Source: Pseudonocardiaceae bacterium (lineage in GTDB: Bacteria > Actinomycetota > Actinomycetes > Mycobacteriales > Pseudonocardiaceae). Taken from it: a DNA stretch of 64,000 nt. A program made the position numbers and the translations under genes. Of the stretch, positions 46,328 through 58,172 are shown piece by piece. Where the stretch lies: positions 976-64,975 of the forward strand of contig JBOHGH010000008.1 of NCBI GenBank assembly GCA_050699975.1, written 5' to 3'. Below the pieces are notes generated by a model. That model was not told the DNA's origin. It was given only the letters and a program-made list of their open reading frames with translations, and did no database searches. Each line of letters opens with the position of its first letter. Positions within the stretch are counted from its first letter, which is position 1.

Positions 46328-47839
46328 GTGGTGAGCAACGACTACCTGGACGGTAACTACGCTCCGGTGCGGCAGGAACACACCATCACCGAATTGGCGG
46401 TGACGGGCACCATCCCGGAGCATCTCGACGGGAGGTACCTGCGAAACGGCCCCAACCCGGTCGCCGAGATCGACCCGGAGACCTACCACTGGTTCATGGG
46501 TGACGGCATGGTGCACGGGGTGCGCCTGCGCGACGGCAAGGCAGAGTGGTACCGCAACCGCTGGATTCGCACCCCGGCCATCGCCCGTTCGCTCGGCGAG
46601 CCGACCGATCGCCGCCGCCATCGTGCCGGGCTGGAGATGTTCGCCGCGAACACCAACGTGCTCTGCCACGCTGGTCGCACCCTGGCGCTGGCCGAAGGCG
46701 GGATCGCCAGCTACGAGCTCACCGATGAACTGGACACAGTCGGGCCCTGCGACTTCGACGGCTCCCTGCCCGGCGGCTACACCGCCCACCCCAAATGCGA
46801 CCCCGACACCGGAGAGCTGCACGCGGTCTCCTACTTCTTCGGCCGCGGCAACACCGTGCAGTACTCGATCATCGGGGTCGACGGACACGCTCGACATACC
46901 GTCGATGTCCCGGTCACGGGTAGCCCGATGATGCACGACTTCTCGCTCACCCAAAACCACGTGGTGTTCTACGATCTGCCGGTCACGTTTGATCCGGTTC
47001 ACGGCGCCGGCATCGTCGTCCCGCGCGCATTGCGAGCACCGGCACGGCTGGTGCTCTCCGCGCTCATCGGCCGCGTCCGAGTGCCCGATCCGATCACGGC
47101 CATGTTCGGGAAAGGGGTCCGAGGGAACGCGAACATGCCCTACTCCTGGGACCCCGCCTACCCGGCTCGCATCGGCGTCCTGCCGCGCAAGGGCGGCGCT
47201 AGCGACATCCGGTGGTTCGACGTCCAGCCCTGCTATGTCTTCCACCCGCTCAACGCCTACGACGAAGCCGACACGATCGTCCTCGACGTCGTCCGGCACC
47301 CCACGATGTTCGACAGCGTCCGCGATGAGCACAGGGAGCTGCGCGGATCCAACGAAAGCCCCACCACCCTCGACCGCTGGATCGTCGATCTCACCGCGGG
47401 GACGGTTCGCGAGATCCGGCTCGACGACCACCCCCAGGAATTCCCGCGTATCGACGAACGGCTCCTGGGCCGACCGCACCGCTATGGCTATGCCATGCAC
47501 GCCGCGCCCGGCACCGGAGCCATCGCCGTCGATGCCGTGCTCAAACATGACCTGCACCTGGGGCGCACCACGGTGCGACGGCTCGGCCAGCACAGCCAGC
47601 CCGGCGAGTTCGTGTTCATCCCGAACAGCTCCGAAGCCCCCGAAGACGACGGCCTGCTCATGGGTTTCGTGTACGACGCCGCCACGAACCGCAGCGACCT
47701 GCTCCTGCTCGACGCCGCCACCCTCGACACCATCGCCGCGATCCACCTCCCCGACCGTGTCCCACACGGCTTCCACGGCAACTGGGCACCCAGTGAGGCG
47801 TTCACTCGCCTCGGCGGGGTGGGTCGGGGAGTTCGGTGA
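46328..47839 (+). CDS. Carotenoid cleavage dioxygenase family (RPE65/CCD, lignostilbene-dioxygenase-like)
   Basis: 503 aa: GNYAPVRQE, HWFMGDGMVHG, conserved His contexts (YTAHPK, MMHDFSLT, VFHPLNAY, GFHGNW). Confidence 0.85.
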   Translation: MVSNDYLDGNYAPVRQEHTITELAVTGTIPEHLDGRYLRNGPNPVAEIDPETYHWFMGDGMVHGVRLRDGKAEWYRNRWIRTPAIARSLGEPTDRRRHRAGLEMFAANTNVLCHAGRTLALAEGGIASYELTDELDTVGPCDFDGSLPGGYTAHPKCDPDTGELHAVSYFFGRGNTVQYSIIGVDGHARHTVDVPVTGSPMMHDFSLTQNHVVFYDLPVTFDPVHGAGIVVPRALRAPARLVLSALIGRVRVPDPITAMFGKGVRGNANMPYSWDPAYPARIGVLPRKGGASDIRWFDVQPCYVFHPLNAYDEADTIVLDVVRHPTMFDSVRDEHRELRGSNESPTTLDRWIVDLTAGTVREIRLDDHPQEFPRIDERLLGRPHRYGYAMHAAPGTGAIAVDAVLKHDLHLGRTTVRRLGQHSQPGEFVFIPNSSEAPEDDGLLMGFVYDAATNRSDLLLLDAATLDTIAAIHLPDRVPHGFHGNWAPSEAFTRLGGVGRGVR

Positions 47840-48518
47840 CCACGGGTATCGCCCGCCGCGGCCAGTCGGTAGCCTGCCAGCGCTCGAGCCAGGAATCCGT
47901 GGCGATGGCCGGCAGCAGCCCTTGCCACAGGTCCGTGACCGCCTCCCAGAGCTGGTCAGGGGTGAGGTCACAGATCAGGTTGGCGCCGGTCATCATGACC
48001 ACGACCAAGCGGGCTATCCGGGTCGGGTCGAGGCCGGGTCGAAGCAGCCCCGCCGCCGCGGCAGCGGTGAGTTGCTCGACGGCCGCCGCTTCTCCATAGG
48101 CGTAGTGCTCGGCAGCGCCGGCGCAGACCAGTCCGCGGTCGGTCAGCAGCTGGATGCCGCCGCGGGCGATGGGATCGGCGATCATGCGGGCGATGACCTC
48201 GTCGGTCTGGGCAAGCAGGGTCCATAGTGGGTCCAAACCGCGGGCGTTGACCTCGGCGACCAGCACCTTCCAGTGCTCCACCATCTCGGCCACGACCGCG
48301 TCGGCAAGGGCCTGTTTGGAGGCGAAATGAAAGTACAGCGCCCCCTTGGTGACCTTGCTGGCGGCGATCACCTCGCTCAGTGATGTGCCGTGGTAGCCCA
48401 CCGCCGCAAACTGAGCCGCGGCCGCGACCAGCAGCGCCCGTCGGGTAACCCGTGCCCTGCTCTGGGGATTCTCGGCCGCCACCATTGCGGCGACCGGCTC
48501 CCGCCGCGGCGTAACCAC
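47802..48518 (-). CDS. TetR family transcriptional regulator
   Basis: 238 aa: FAAVGYHGTSLSEVIAASKVTKGALYFHFASKQALA. Its 3' end overlaps the convergent dioxygenase gene by 38 nt. Confidence 0.85.
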   Translation of the reverse strand: MVTPRREPVAAMVAAENPQSRARVTRRALLVAAAAQFAAVGYHGTSLSEVIAASKVTKGALYFHFASKQALADAVVAEMVEHWKVLVAEVNARGLDPLWTLLAQTDEVIARMIADPIARGGIQLLTDRGLVCAGAAEHYAYGEAAAVEQLTAAAAAGLLRPGLDPTRIARLVVVMMTGANLICDLTPDQLWEAVTDLWQGLLPAIATDSWLERWQATDWPRRAIPVVTELPDPPRRGE

Positions 48519-48994
48519 CTAATCCCCTCCCTCCTGTCGATGGCCCAGACTGCTATGCCACCGGGCATGGCGCCAAACTAGAGCACGCGCCCTGCTGCGC
48601 ACTGGCGTGGCGTTGGGGTGAGACGCCTTGCGTGCAAGCCAACCGGTCGGTACCTTTGATGGTACCGGCGTAAACCGTCCGCTAGACCGGTCCGTGTGAA
48701 TGGACGCGGTGCGCAACCCAGCGAGGTGTGCCGGGGTTGCGGCGTGTTTTCCCGGGGCGCAATGCTTAGATAAATCCGAATGCACGGCCCGGCAGGAACA
48801 AACCGAATAAAAGGCACGCTACTGACGTGTCAGAAGTACCCTGGCCAGCGAAAGCGAGGGGACGGTGGCGATTTGCGCTGGCATTCCCCGCGGGATTACC
48901 TAAGGGGTTATTCTCTCATGTTCACGGCCAACCTGGTCCGCGGCTACTGCGTGGCGTCAGCACCCAATCCTGATGCGGCTGTTGTGACCTGACG

Positions 48995-50575
48995 ATGGGC
49001 AGCGCTACCGGCTCACTGTGTTGCGCCGGAAGCACCCGACCCCTTGTTCCGGGACGCGTGCGGGAGCTCTGTGCGCTGCAGGCCGAGCGGCACCGCAGCG
49101 CACTGGGTGAGCTGCGAGTGGCCTTGGTGCTCGGCGACGCAGGGCTGGGCAAGACACGGCTGGCGGCCGAACTGCTGCCTCGCGACGACGAGTCGGCCGT
49201 CGGGCTGATCGCCCACAGCTCCCCCCTGGGGGGTATGCCGCTGTTCGGCCCATGGGCAGACGCTCTCGGCTTGCATCCGGGTGATCTGGACCCGGAGGGG
49301 GTCTGTCGCGCCTGCGGGAGCGGGCTCGGTGGCCTGCCGGCGCTCGTGCGCCACGCCGAGATCGGGCACGACGCGTCCGCGTGCGCTGCCGCCCTTCGCT
49401 ACCACCTCGTTGAGTGGATCCCGGGTCTGCTCGCCAAGGCGAGCGCTGACCGGCCGATCATCGTGCTCATCGACGACATCCACCAGGGCCATGATGTGAT
49501 GTGGGAGATGCTGCTGCGGCTGGCGTGGGACTTTCCGGCCAGCCAGCTGTTCGTGCTCGCCACCGCCCGGCCGGCGGAGCTGGCCAGGCACCGGATGGCC
49601 GTCGAAGTGCTGCATACCTTGGAGCAGGAAGCGATGGTATGCCGGATTCAGCTAGCCCCGTTCTCCCGGGAGGATGTCCGGGAGCTGGCCGCGGAGATCC
49701 TTGGACGAGACCGGGTGCCGGCAGCGCTCGTGGACTGGCTGACGGCTCGCGCGCAGGGTAACCCGCGGTGTGCCGTCGGGCTGCAGGAGGCACTGGTCGA
49801 CAACGGCGCAGATCTCCACGCACCTGCATTGGACGCGGTACCGGAGAAACTGGCCCGCTGGGTCCGCACCGAGGTGGCGCGGCTCGACCCGCCGGCCCTG
49901 GCGCTGGTCGAGGTGCTCGCCGTAGTCGGAGAACTGGTCGATCCCGGGGACCTCACCCGGATCACCAACCAGCCGATCGACGACATCGCGCTCGCCCTGG
50001 AGCGGCTCGTGCGTTCTGGGATGGTCGTCGAGCAGCAGCACAACCGGTTCTTGGGCTATGAGGTCGCCCATCCGCTCACCCGGGAGGTGCTCTACACAGA
50101 TATCGGTGGTGCCAGGCGGCGCGTGATGCACCGGCGGGTGGCGGGGACGATGCTCCGGTCTGGGCGGACGGAGGCTGCGGCGTCGCACTTCGTCCGCGCG
50201 GCGCAGGCAGGGGACAGCGAGGCGATCGACGCCCTCGAGGCGTTGGCGCCCACGGTCGGCCGGTCGGGTCGTTTCGACGCGTGCGGAGCCATCCTGCGCC
50301 GCGAGCAGGCCCGCACTCCCCCCATCCCGGCCGGGCCGGAGGGACAGTGCAGCACGGCGGCGACCCACGGCCCGGGCGCACTGACCAGACGGGAGCGGCA
50401 GATCGTCGAGCTGGCCGCCGGCGGCTACACCGCCCCGCAGATCGCCAGCCGGCTCCACATCGGCGTGCGCACCGTGGAAACCCACCTCGCCCGCAGTTAT
50501 CCCAAGCTGGGGGTCGACTCCAAACAACAGCTTGTGCATCGCGCCGCCGAGTTCGGATTCACGCCCGGTCCGTAG
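48995..50575 (+). CDS. LuxR-family regulator with N-terminal AAA/P-loop domain (short LAL-like)
   Basis: Walker A-like GDAGLGKTRL, Walker B-like IIVLIDDIH. C-terminal HTH: LTRRERQIVELAAGGYTAPQIASRLHIGVRTVETHLARSYPKLGV. Confidence 0.8.
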   Translation: MGSATGSLCCAGSTRPLVPGRVRELCALQAERHRSALGELRVALVLGDAGLGKTRLAAELLPRDDESAVGLIAHSSPLGGMPLFGPWADALGLHPGDLDPEGVCRACGSGLGGLPALVRHAEIGHDASACAAALRYHLVEWIPGLLAKASADRPIIVLIDDIHQGHDVMWEMLLRLAWDFPASQLFVLATARPAELARHRMAVEVLHTLEQEAMVCRIQLAPFSREDVRELAAEILGRDRVPAALVDWLTARAQGNPRCAVGLQEALVDNGADLHAPALDAVPEKLARWVRTEVARLDPPALALVEVLAVVGELVDPGDLTRITNQPIDDIALALERLVRSGMVVEQQHNRFLGYEVAHPLTREVLYTDIGGARRRVMHRRVAGTMLRSGRTEAAASHFVRAAQAGDSEAIDALEALAPTVGRSGRFDACGAILRREQARTPPIPAGPEGQCSTAATHGPGALTRRERQIVELAAGGYTAPQIASRLHIGVRTVETHLARSYPKLGVDSKQQLVHRAAEFGFTPGP

Positions 50576-50611
50576 AAACTACGGACCGGGCGAAGTCCGT
50601 AGTTTCTACGG
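50570..50611. promoter_or_regulatory. Nested palindrome: ccgtagaaactacggac / gtccgtagtttctacgg (17-bp perfect arms, 8-nt spacer). Each arm contains its own CCGTAG-N3-CTACGG palindrome.
   Basis: Read directly. It overlaps the LuxR stop codon (TAG 50573-50575) and ends 1 nt before the ORF of the first shell gene opens. Confidence 0.6.
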
Positions 50612-50704
50612 ATGGCTCACCAGGCTGTGATCCCTAAAATGTGCTGCGACCGTGGGGGTAATTTCCTTCTCCGTGGATACGGACAGAGATTGGTGGTGTA
50701 CGCG

Positions 50705-52114
50705 GTGACTGAGCCGGGACAGCCGGGTGTGGATGTTGATAGTGAGCGGCAGCAGTTGAGTTTGGCTACGGCGGCGGCCCGTAATTTGGCGACGACGACC
50801 AAGTCCGTGCCGCAGATGCAGGGAATCACGTCGCGGTGGTTGTTGCGGGTACTGCCGTGGGTGGAGGCCGCCGGCGGGGCTTTCCGGGTGAACCGCCGAT
50901 TGACTTATGCGGTGGGTGACGGGCGGGTCACATTCACCACGGAGGGCGCCGAGGTGCGGGTCGTTCCCGAGGAGCTGCGTGAGTTGGCGGTGCTGCGCGG
51001 TCTTGAGGACAAGCAGATACTGGGTGCGTTGGCGGACCGGTTCGCGCAGCGGGAGTTCGAGGCCGGCAACACGATCGTGCAGGAAGGTCAGCCGGCTGAT
51101 CAGGTGTTTTTGATCGCCCATGGGAAGGTCAACAAGATCGGCCCCGGAGAGTTCGGTGATCCGACGGTATTGGGTACCTTGTCCGATGGTGATTATTTCG
51201 GTGTGTGGGAGTTGGTGGAGTCCAACGACACGTGGGCATACAGCGTGCGAGCGGTAACTCCGTGTACGGTGCTCGCGTTGTCCCAGCAGGCCTTCGAGGA
51301 AGTCGTCGGCCAGCACCCGGAGTTGCGGGCCCAGGTTGAGCGGTTCCAGGCATTGCTCCGACAGTCGCAGACCGAACACGGCGAGGCCGACATCGACCTG
51401 AGCGCGGGCCTAGCGCAGGAGTCGGACGTGGCGGGGACCTACGTCGACTACGAGATCAAGCCCCGGGAGTATGAGCTCAGCGTGGCGCAGACCGTGTTGC
51501 GGGTGCACACTCGGGTTGCGGATCTGTACAACAATCCGATGAACCAGGTCGAAGAGCAGCTGCGGCTGACCATCGAGGCGCTGCGGGAACGCCAAGAAAA
51601 CGAACTGATGAACAACCGTGACTTCGGGCTGCTGCACAACGCCGACTTCTCCCAGCGCATCAGCACCCGCACTGGACCCCCCACCCCTGATGACCTCGAC
51701 GAACTTCTGGCCACCGTGTGGAAAGATCCGGACGTTTTCCTGGCCCATCCCCGCACCATCGCCGCGTTCGGTCGGGAATGTAACAGCCGGGGCATCTACC
51801 CGCAGAGCGTCGAGATCAACGGCCACATGATGCCCGCCTGGCGAGGTATACCCGTCCTTCCCTGCAGCAAGATCCCCATCAGCAAGACCCGCACCAGTTC
51901 AATTTTGCTGCTCCGCACCGGTTTGGAGAAGCAAGGTGTGATCGGTCTGCACCAGACCGGCATCCCCGATGAGGTTCAGCCCGGGCTGAATGTCCGCTTC
52001 ATGGGTGTCGACGAAAAGGCGATCACTTCCTATCTGGTCAGCGCCTACTACTCCGCAGCCGTCATGGTCCCCGACGCACTCGGCATCCTCGAAAACATCG
52101 AAATCGGGCGGTAA
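50705..52114 (+). CDS. cNMP-binding EshA/Cnb-like protein = Family 2B encapsulin-type shell protein, copy 1
   Basis: CAP-type cNMP-binding segment ([34 protein letters not shown]...DGDYFG...[12 protein letters not shown]) embedded in a larger conserved fold ([23 protein letters not shown]...[25 protein letters not shown]). GTG 50705 aligns with the start of copy 2. ORF open from 50612. Confidence 0.75.
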   Translation: MTEPGQPGVDVDSERQQLSLATAAARNLATTTKSVPQMQGITSRWLLRVLPWVEAAGGAFRVNRRLTYAVGDGRVTFTTEGAEVRVVPEELRELAVLRGLEDKQILGALADRFAQREFEAGNTIVQEGQPADQVFLIAHGKVNKIGPGEFGDPTVLGTLSDGDYFGVWELVESNDTWAYSVRAVTPCTVLALSQQAFEEVVGQHPELRAQVERFQALLRQSQTEHGEADIDLSAGLAQESDVAGTYVDYEIKPREYELSVAQTVLRVHTRVADLYNNPMNQVEEQLRLTIEALRERQENELMNNRDFGLLHNADFSQRISTRTGPPTPDDLDELLATVWKDPDVFLAHPRTIAAFGRECNSRGIYPQSVEINGHMMPAWRGIPVLPCSKIPISKTRTSSILLLRTGLEKQGVIGLHQTGIPDEVQPGLNVRFMGVDEKAITSYLVSAYYSAAVMVPDALGILENIEIGR

Positions 52115-54388
<2,274 letters not shown>

Positions 54389-54426
54389 ACTCGACTTATC
54401 GGTACTTGAGTGATTGGTGGTGACCG

Positions 54427-55755
54427 GTGTCTGTGCTGTCCCGTGTGTCCGCGCCCGCGGCCACCCATGACCTGGCGGGCGTGGTGGCCGCCCTGCTTTC
54501 CAACCCAGAACGCACTGCCCCGAGGGACCTTCCCGGAACCGACGGAGATCAGCTGCCCGAGGACGGAGATCAGCTACCCGAGGACGAAAACGAGCCAGCT
54601 GCGTCGGTGGTAGGCCGGCTCGTCACCGGCCCCACGGGGCTCGGTACGTCGGCGGCTCGGATCCCGTGGCAGGGCACCTCCGCTGGCGAGGCGGTTGCAG
54701 CCACTGGCCGTGGCGCGCAACCCCGCATACCCGACGATCCCACCGGATTAGGACCCTCTGCCGCGTGGGTTTCGGTCGAGGGGCCCACCGGCGGTGAGTC
54801 AGATTCAGAGCTGTACTGCCCTCCGGCCGTCCGTGACGACAAAGCCCTTGGTGAGGCAGTCAACGACCGCCTGGTCGACTGGGCCGGGCAGGTCGGGATC
54901 TACCCCGGACAGCTCGACCGCGTGCGGGCGGCCAATTTCGGACGTCTGATGATGCTCACCCATCCGGCCACGGATGACCCTGACCGGCTGCTGGCGGCAG
55001 CGAAGTGCGTCCTGGCGGAGTGGGCTACCGACGACCACTTCCTCGACGAGGAGTCCCTGGGTGCCGATGCGAAGCTGATCGGCTCGCGGCTAGGGATTGC
55101 CTACGCGGCAGTGGATCCGGTTGATCTTCCGGTCAGCTACGCGCCCCAGCTCGACAAGGCTCTTTCGGAGGAGCCGGTCGCGGTCGCGTACCGCTCGGCT
55201 TTCGAACACCTTGCCCAGTACGCCACAGCGACGCAGGTAGCCCGGCTCCGTCACGAGCTGTCGGTCATGTACATGGCCTACAACCATGAGGCGAACTGGC
55301 GTGCCACCGGGCGCACCCCGCCGGTCTGGGAGTATCTGACGCATCGGCATGAAAACAGTTTCTTGCCGCCCATGGTGTTGGTCGATCCGATTGCCGGCTA
55401 CGAGCTTCCCTCCTTCGAGTTCGCCGATCGGCGGGTGCGCCGTGTGTTTTGCTTGGCCGGTAGTGCGAGCGTGATTCTGAACGATCTGTACTCGATGGCC
55501 AAGGAATCTGACACGGACTTCGACCTGCCCAAGGTGATCGCCGCCGAAGAGAAGTGCTCTCCACAGGAAGCGATCAAGCGAACCGTGCAGATCCATAACG
55601 AGCTGATGCACACCTTCGTCGAAGAGGCGGCCGTCCTCAGCCACCTGGGCTCGCTTGCGCTGCGTCGTTTCCTGGCCGACATATGGGCCTGGCTCGGCGG
55701 CAACCGCGAGTGGCACAGCACCACCGAGCGATACCACGGCGCAAGTAATGCGTGA
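54427..55755 (+). CDS. 2-methylisoborneol synthase-type class I terpene cyclase with a ~110-aa disordered N-terminal extension
   Basis: DDHFLDEE and NDLYSMAKES metal-binding motifs. It lies immediately upstream of the GPP methyltransferase, as in known MIB operons. The N-terminus is Pro/Gly/Asp-rich. Confidence 0.8.
   Translation: MSVLSRVSAPAATHDLAGVVAALLSNPERTAPRDLPGTDGDQLPEDGDQLPEDENEPAASVVGRLVTGPTGLGTSAARIPWQGTSAGEAVAATGRGAQPRIPDDPTGLGPSAAWVSVEGPTGGESDSELYCPPAVRDDKALGEAVNDRLVDWAGQVGIYPGQLDRVRAANFGRLMMLTHPATDDPDRLLAAAKCVLAEWATDDHFLDEESLGADAKLIGSRLGIAYAAVDPVDLPVSYAPQLDKALSEEPVAVAYRSAFEHLAQYATATQVARLRHELSVMYMAYNHEANWRATGRTPPVWEYLTHRHENSFLPPMVLVDPIAGYELPSFEFADRRVRRVFCLAGSASVILNDLYSMAKESDTDFDLPKVIAAEEKCSPQEAIKRTVQIHNELMHTFVEEAAVLSHLGSLALRRFLADIWAWLGGNREWHSTTERYHGASNA
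54541..54582 (+). repeat. 21-bp tandem duplication (gacggagatcagctgcccgag x2, 1 mismatch) encoding DGDQLPE twice
   Basis: Read directly; in frame, within the disordered N-terminus of the MIB-type cyclase. Confidence 0.9.
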
Positions 55756-55821
55756 GCGGTCCACGAACCCGGCCTCGGCACCCGCCGGCTGTTCGGCCTG
55801 ACAAGCAGAAGGAGGTCCACC

Positions 55822-56676
55822 ATGACCACGACTACCATCGCCAACGTCCTGCGCAGCGACTACCAGAAGTCTGTTGCGTCGTACTGGAACAACGAGAAGG
55901 ACCCGGTCAACCTGCTGCTCGGTGATGTCGACGGGCTCTACCATCATCACTACGGGATCGGCAACTATGACCCGTCCGTGCTGGAAGGCCCCGAGGACAC
56001 CCGCGACGACCGGATCATCACCGAGATGCACCGGCTGGAGACCGCGCAGGCCAAGGTCCTGCTCGACCACCTCGGCGACATCTCGCCCGATGACCGCCTG
56101 TTGGATGCCGGGTGCGGTCGCGGCGGCACCAGCTTCATGGCCCACCAACGCTTCGGTTGTCAGGTGGACGGAGTGTCGATCTCGGAGCAACAGGTCGAGT
56201 TCGCCAACGACCAGGCCAGGCAGCGAGGCGTGCCCGACAAGGTGAGGTTCCACTTCCGCAACATGCTGGACACCGGTTTCGAGACGGGATCGCACCGGGG
56301 AATCTGGAACAACGAAAGCACTATGTACGTGGACCTGTTCGAGCTGTTCGCCGAGCATGCCCGCCAACTGGAGTTCGGCGGTCGCTACGTCTGCATCACC
56401 GGTTGCTATAACGATGTGACGGGTGGCCGATCCAGAGCGGTCAGCCGGATCGACGAGCATTACATCTGCAACATCCACCCCAGGAGTGACTATTTCAAGG
56501 CGCTGACGGCAAATAACCTCGTCCCGATCAACGTCATCGATCTGACCGCCCACACCATCCCGTACTGGGAACTCCGAGCGAAGTCCTCAGTGGCCACCGG
56601 GATCGAGGACCCGTTCCTGACGGCGTACCGCGAGGGCAGCTTCCACTACCTGCTCATCGCAGCCGATCGGGTCTGA
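55822..56676 (+). CDS. Geranyl diphosphate 2-C-methyltransferase (SAM-dependent)
   Basis: VASYWNNEKDPVNLLLGDVDGLYHHHYGIG...LLDAGCGRGGTSF...WNNESTMYVDL matches the GPPMT family of MIB operons. Confidence 0.9.
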   Translation: MTTTTIANVLRSDYQKSVASYWNNEKDPVNLLLGDVDGLYHHHYGIGNYDPSVLEGPEDTRDDRIITEMHRLETAQAKVLLDHLGDISPDDRLLDAGCGRGGTSFMAHQRFGCQVDGVSISEQQVEFANDQARQRGVPDKVRFHFRNMLDTGFETGSHRGIWNNESTMYVDLFELFAEHARQLEFGGRYVCITGCYNDVTGGRSRAVSRIDEHYICNIHPRSDYFKALTANNLVPINVIDLTAHTIPYWELRAKSSVATGIEDPFLTAYREGSFHYLLIAADRV

Positions 56677-56725
56677 CCCCTACCGAAGCGTCGATATCCG
56701 GCCGTATCGAGATTGATGAGGTGCA

Positions 56726-58156
56726 GTGACCATGACGGATCCGAACGGCGATGCTGTCGAGCAGTCACGGTTGAGCCCGCCTCAATTAAGCCTCAGCACC
56801 GCCGCGGCCCGCAAGCTGGCGAAGACGACCAAGTCCGTGCCGCAGATGCAGGGGATCACGTCACGGTGGCTGTTGCGAGTGTTGCCGTGGGTGGAGGTGT
56901 CGGGCGGGACCTATCGGGTAAACCGCCGGTTGACTTATCTGGTGGGTGACGGGCGGGTGACGTTCACCATGGCGGGAACCGAGGTGCGGGTCATTCCCGG
57001 CGAGCTGGGTGAGTTGCCGATGCTGCGGGGTTTTGATGACGCCGAGTTGCTGGGTGCATTGGCGGGCCAGTTCGTGCAGCGGGAGGTCACGGCCGGCGAC
57101 ACGCTCGTGGAGGCGGGCCAGCCGGCTGATCAGCTGTTCCTCATCGCCCATGGCAAGGTCAACAAGATCGGTCCTGGGGAGTTCGGCGAGCCGGCAGTGC
57201 TGGATTTGCTGGTCGACGGGGACTATTTCGGTGATCGGGAGCTGGCGGAGTCACTGGGTACCGGGTCCCCAGACACCTGGGGCTACAGCGTCCGGGCGGT
57301 GACCGCCTGCACGGTACTGGCGCTGCCCCAGCAGGCGTTCGAGGAGGCAGTCGGCCAGTCCGAGACATTGCGGATTCACCTCGAGCGGTTCCGGGCCGAC
57401 GCCCGAAAGCCGCAGAACAAACACGGCGAGGCCGCCATCGAGGTGACCTCGGGCCATGCGGGGGAGCCCGAGCTGGCGGCGACTTTCGTCGATTACGAGA
57501 TCGCACCCCGGGAGTATGAACTGAGCGTGGCGCAGACTGTGCTGCGGGTGAGCACCCGGGTAGCGGATCTGTACAACAAGCCGATGAACCAGGTCGAGGA
57601 GCAGTTGCGGTTGACCATTGAGGCGCTGCGGGAACGGCAAGAGCACGAGATGATGAACAACCGCGACTTCGGGCTCCTGCACAACGCCGACGTCAAACAG
57701 CGCATCACCACCCGCGCCGGGCCCCCCACCCCCGATGACCTCGACGAACTGCTCACCCGAAGGAGAAAGACGAGGTTTTTCCTGGCCGATCCCCGCACCA
57801 TCGCCGCATTCGGCCGAGAATGCAACCGCCGAGGAATCTATCCACAGAACGTCGACGTCGACGGCCATATGGTGATGTCCTGGCGCGGCGTACCAATTCT
57901 GCCCTGCAACAAGATCCCCATCACCAAGACTCGCACCAGCTCCATTCTCGCACTCCGCACTGGCGTGGAAGACGAAGGCGTGATCGGCCTGCATCAGACC
58001 GGTATCCCCGATGAGGTCCAGCCCGGGCTGAACGCGCGCTTCATGGGGATCAACGACAAGGCCATCATCTCCTACCTCGTCAGCGCCTATTACTCCGTGG
58101 CCGTCCTGGTTCCCGACGCGCTCGGCATCCTCGAAAACGTCGAAATAGACCGATAG
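56726..58156 (+). CDS. cNMP-binding EshA/Cnb-like protein = Family 2B encapsulin-type shell protein, copy 2
   Basis: Paralog of 50705..52114, by eye roughly three quarters identical over the full length, with the same cNMP segment ([24 protein letters not shown]...[11 protein letters not shown]). Start is GTG 56726 or ATG 56732. Confidence 0.75.
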   Translation: MTMTDPNGDAVEQSRLSPPQLSLSTAAARKLAKTTKSVPQMQGITSRWLLRVLPWVEVSGGTYRVNRRLTYLVGDGRVTFTMAGTEVRVIPGELGELPMLRGFDDAELLGALAGQFVQREVTAGDTLVEAGQPADQLFLIAHGKVNKIGPGEFGEPAVLDLLVDGDYFGDRELAESLGTGSPDTWGYSVRAVTACTVLALPQQAFEEAVGQSETLRIHLERFRADARKPQNKHGEAAIEVTSGHAGEPELAATFVDYEIAPREYELSVAQTVLRVSTRVADLYNKPMNQVEEQLRLTIEALRERQEHEMMNNRDFGLLHNADVKQRITTRAGPPTPDDLDELLTRRRKTRFFLADPRTIAAFGRECNRRGIYPQNVDVDGHMVMSWRGVPILPCNKIPITKTRTSSILALRTGVEDEGVIGLHQTGIPDEVQPGLNARFMGINDKAIISYLVSAYYSVAVLVPDALGILENVEIDR

Positions 58157-58172
58157 GAGGAGGGGCAGGATC

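Noticed and set aside
48519-48994. The 476-bp lower-GC intergenic region between the TetR and AAA-LuxR genes, checked for an sRNA, riboswitch or strong palindromes.
   Set aside because: Only a weak 5-bp-arm palindrome (ctgac gt gtcag, about 48823-48834) was seen. Nothing can be supported without covariance-model searches.
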